Under the pieces are notes generated by a model that did not search any database, was not told where the DNA came from, and was given only the letters and a program-made list of their open reading frames with translations. Of a stretch of 64,000 nucleotides of DNA, positions 63,371 to 64,000 are shown one piece after another; positions within the stretch are counted from its first letter, which is position 1, and each line of letters opens with the position of its first letter. Source of the stretch: Octopus bimaculoides (taxonomy: Eukaryota); contig NC_068987.1 of the NCBI RefSeq assembly GCF_001194135.2, positions 79,632,066 to 79,696,065 on the forward strand. The letters are read 5' to 3'. Both the position numbers and the translations under genes were made by a program.

Positions 63371-63947
63371 ATATTGAGATACTCGCCTTGAAATACACAT
63401 CAGAACAGTTTCACAGACATGCACAAAGGAGAGAACAACGGATGAACGCCAATACATAACCTCAGAAATTCAAACTATTATATATTCCTATTATTTTTAA
63501 GTTACATAAGTACTTGATTCCACGTATGCAAAGTGAAAGAAAGATGGAAGAAGACAAAGGAAGGAAGTTAGGAAGGAAAGAGATAAACCAATCTTTTCTT
63601 CTCTCTATAAACGCAAAATCTACGAACGCGAGAACAAAGACGCGAAGTCGACAAAGCAATTTTATCTTCGAATATTGCTTGATGCATGTTCGTTGAGGAA
63701 GAATAGACGTGCGTCGAGATTTATCATGGTGATAGAGTTAGAAAGAAAATGTAAAGTGTATGTATGGCTACTTATACACACATATACATACATACATGCA
63801 CAATCTGATACGTGCAGGAATTCATGCACACATACCTACATTCTTACATAAATTGATACATGCATGGCTGTAAAATTCATATATACATCCATATACATCC
63901 ATATACATACATGCATAAATACATACAAGCATACATTCTACCATATA

Positions 63948-64000
<53 letters not shown>

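Noticed and set aside
452-63960. The many long ORFs rich in X, YI, HT, CV, or poly-L/I/R/S
   Set aside because: They are translations of N-gaps and di/trinucleotide microsatellites, not genes.
1-64000. CRISPR arrays, rRNA, prokaryotic operons
   Set aside because: No regularly spaced repeat-spacer array or rRNA-like sequence was seen; the DNA is eukaryotic repeat-rich.

Overview
AT-rich, microsatellite-dense metazoan genomic DNA from a gapped draft scaffold; most N-runs are flanked by (TA)n, (CA)n or (GA)n tracts. The repeat content resembles what I recall of Octopus genomes (inference, not verified). I find no host protein-coding exon that I can support, and most ORFs in the track are translated microsatellites or gaps. 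The window is a mosaic of repeats. (i) At least four modular tRNA-derived SINE families (about 30 copies or fragments). (ii) Decayed LINE 3' ends: L2/CR1-group x2, L1/Tx1, R4/Dong-type RLE, a CCHC knuckle, and RTE x2. (iii) Three Penelope-like (PLE) GIY-YIG remnants. (iv) Three Tc1/mariner lineages, including one full-length TIR-to-TIR DD37D/maT-like copy, plus several hAT-type MITEs. The most striking signal, found by reading both strands, is a set of minimal type-I hammerhead ribozyme (HHR) motifs. Two have an intact core (8082-8126 and 39409-39489, minus strand), one has a non-canonical CUGUGGA core (22378-22413, minus), and two are partial (5637, 44277). The three minus-strand motifs have palindromic or near-palindromic stem III, sit in unrelated short elements, and lie about 100-170 nt before a (TA)n/(TG)n tract. 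One partial motif is the tail of a tRNA-headed Pol III SINE-like element. Together they suggest a PLE-driven, microsatellite-associated ribozyme/SINE system. Other notable items are a near-identical ~1.9 kb-span inverted repeat, a LINE 3' end sharing 16 nt with a SINE tail, a SINE nested in its own family's linker, and an in-frame Tx1/R4 chimera.
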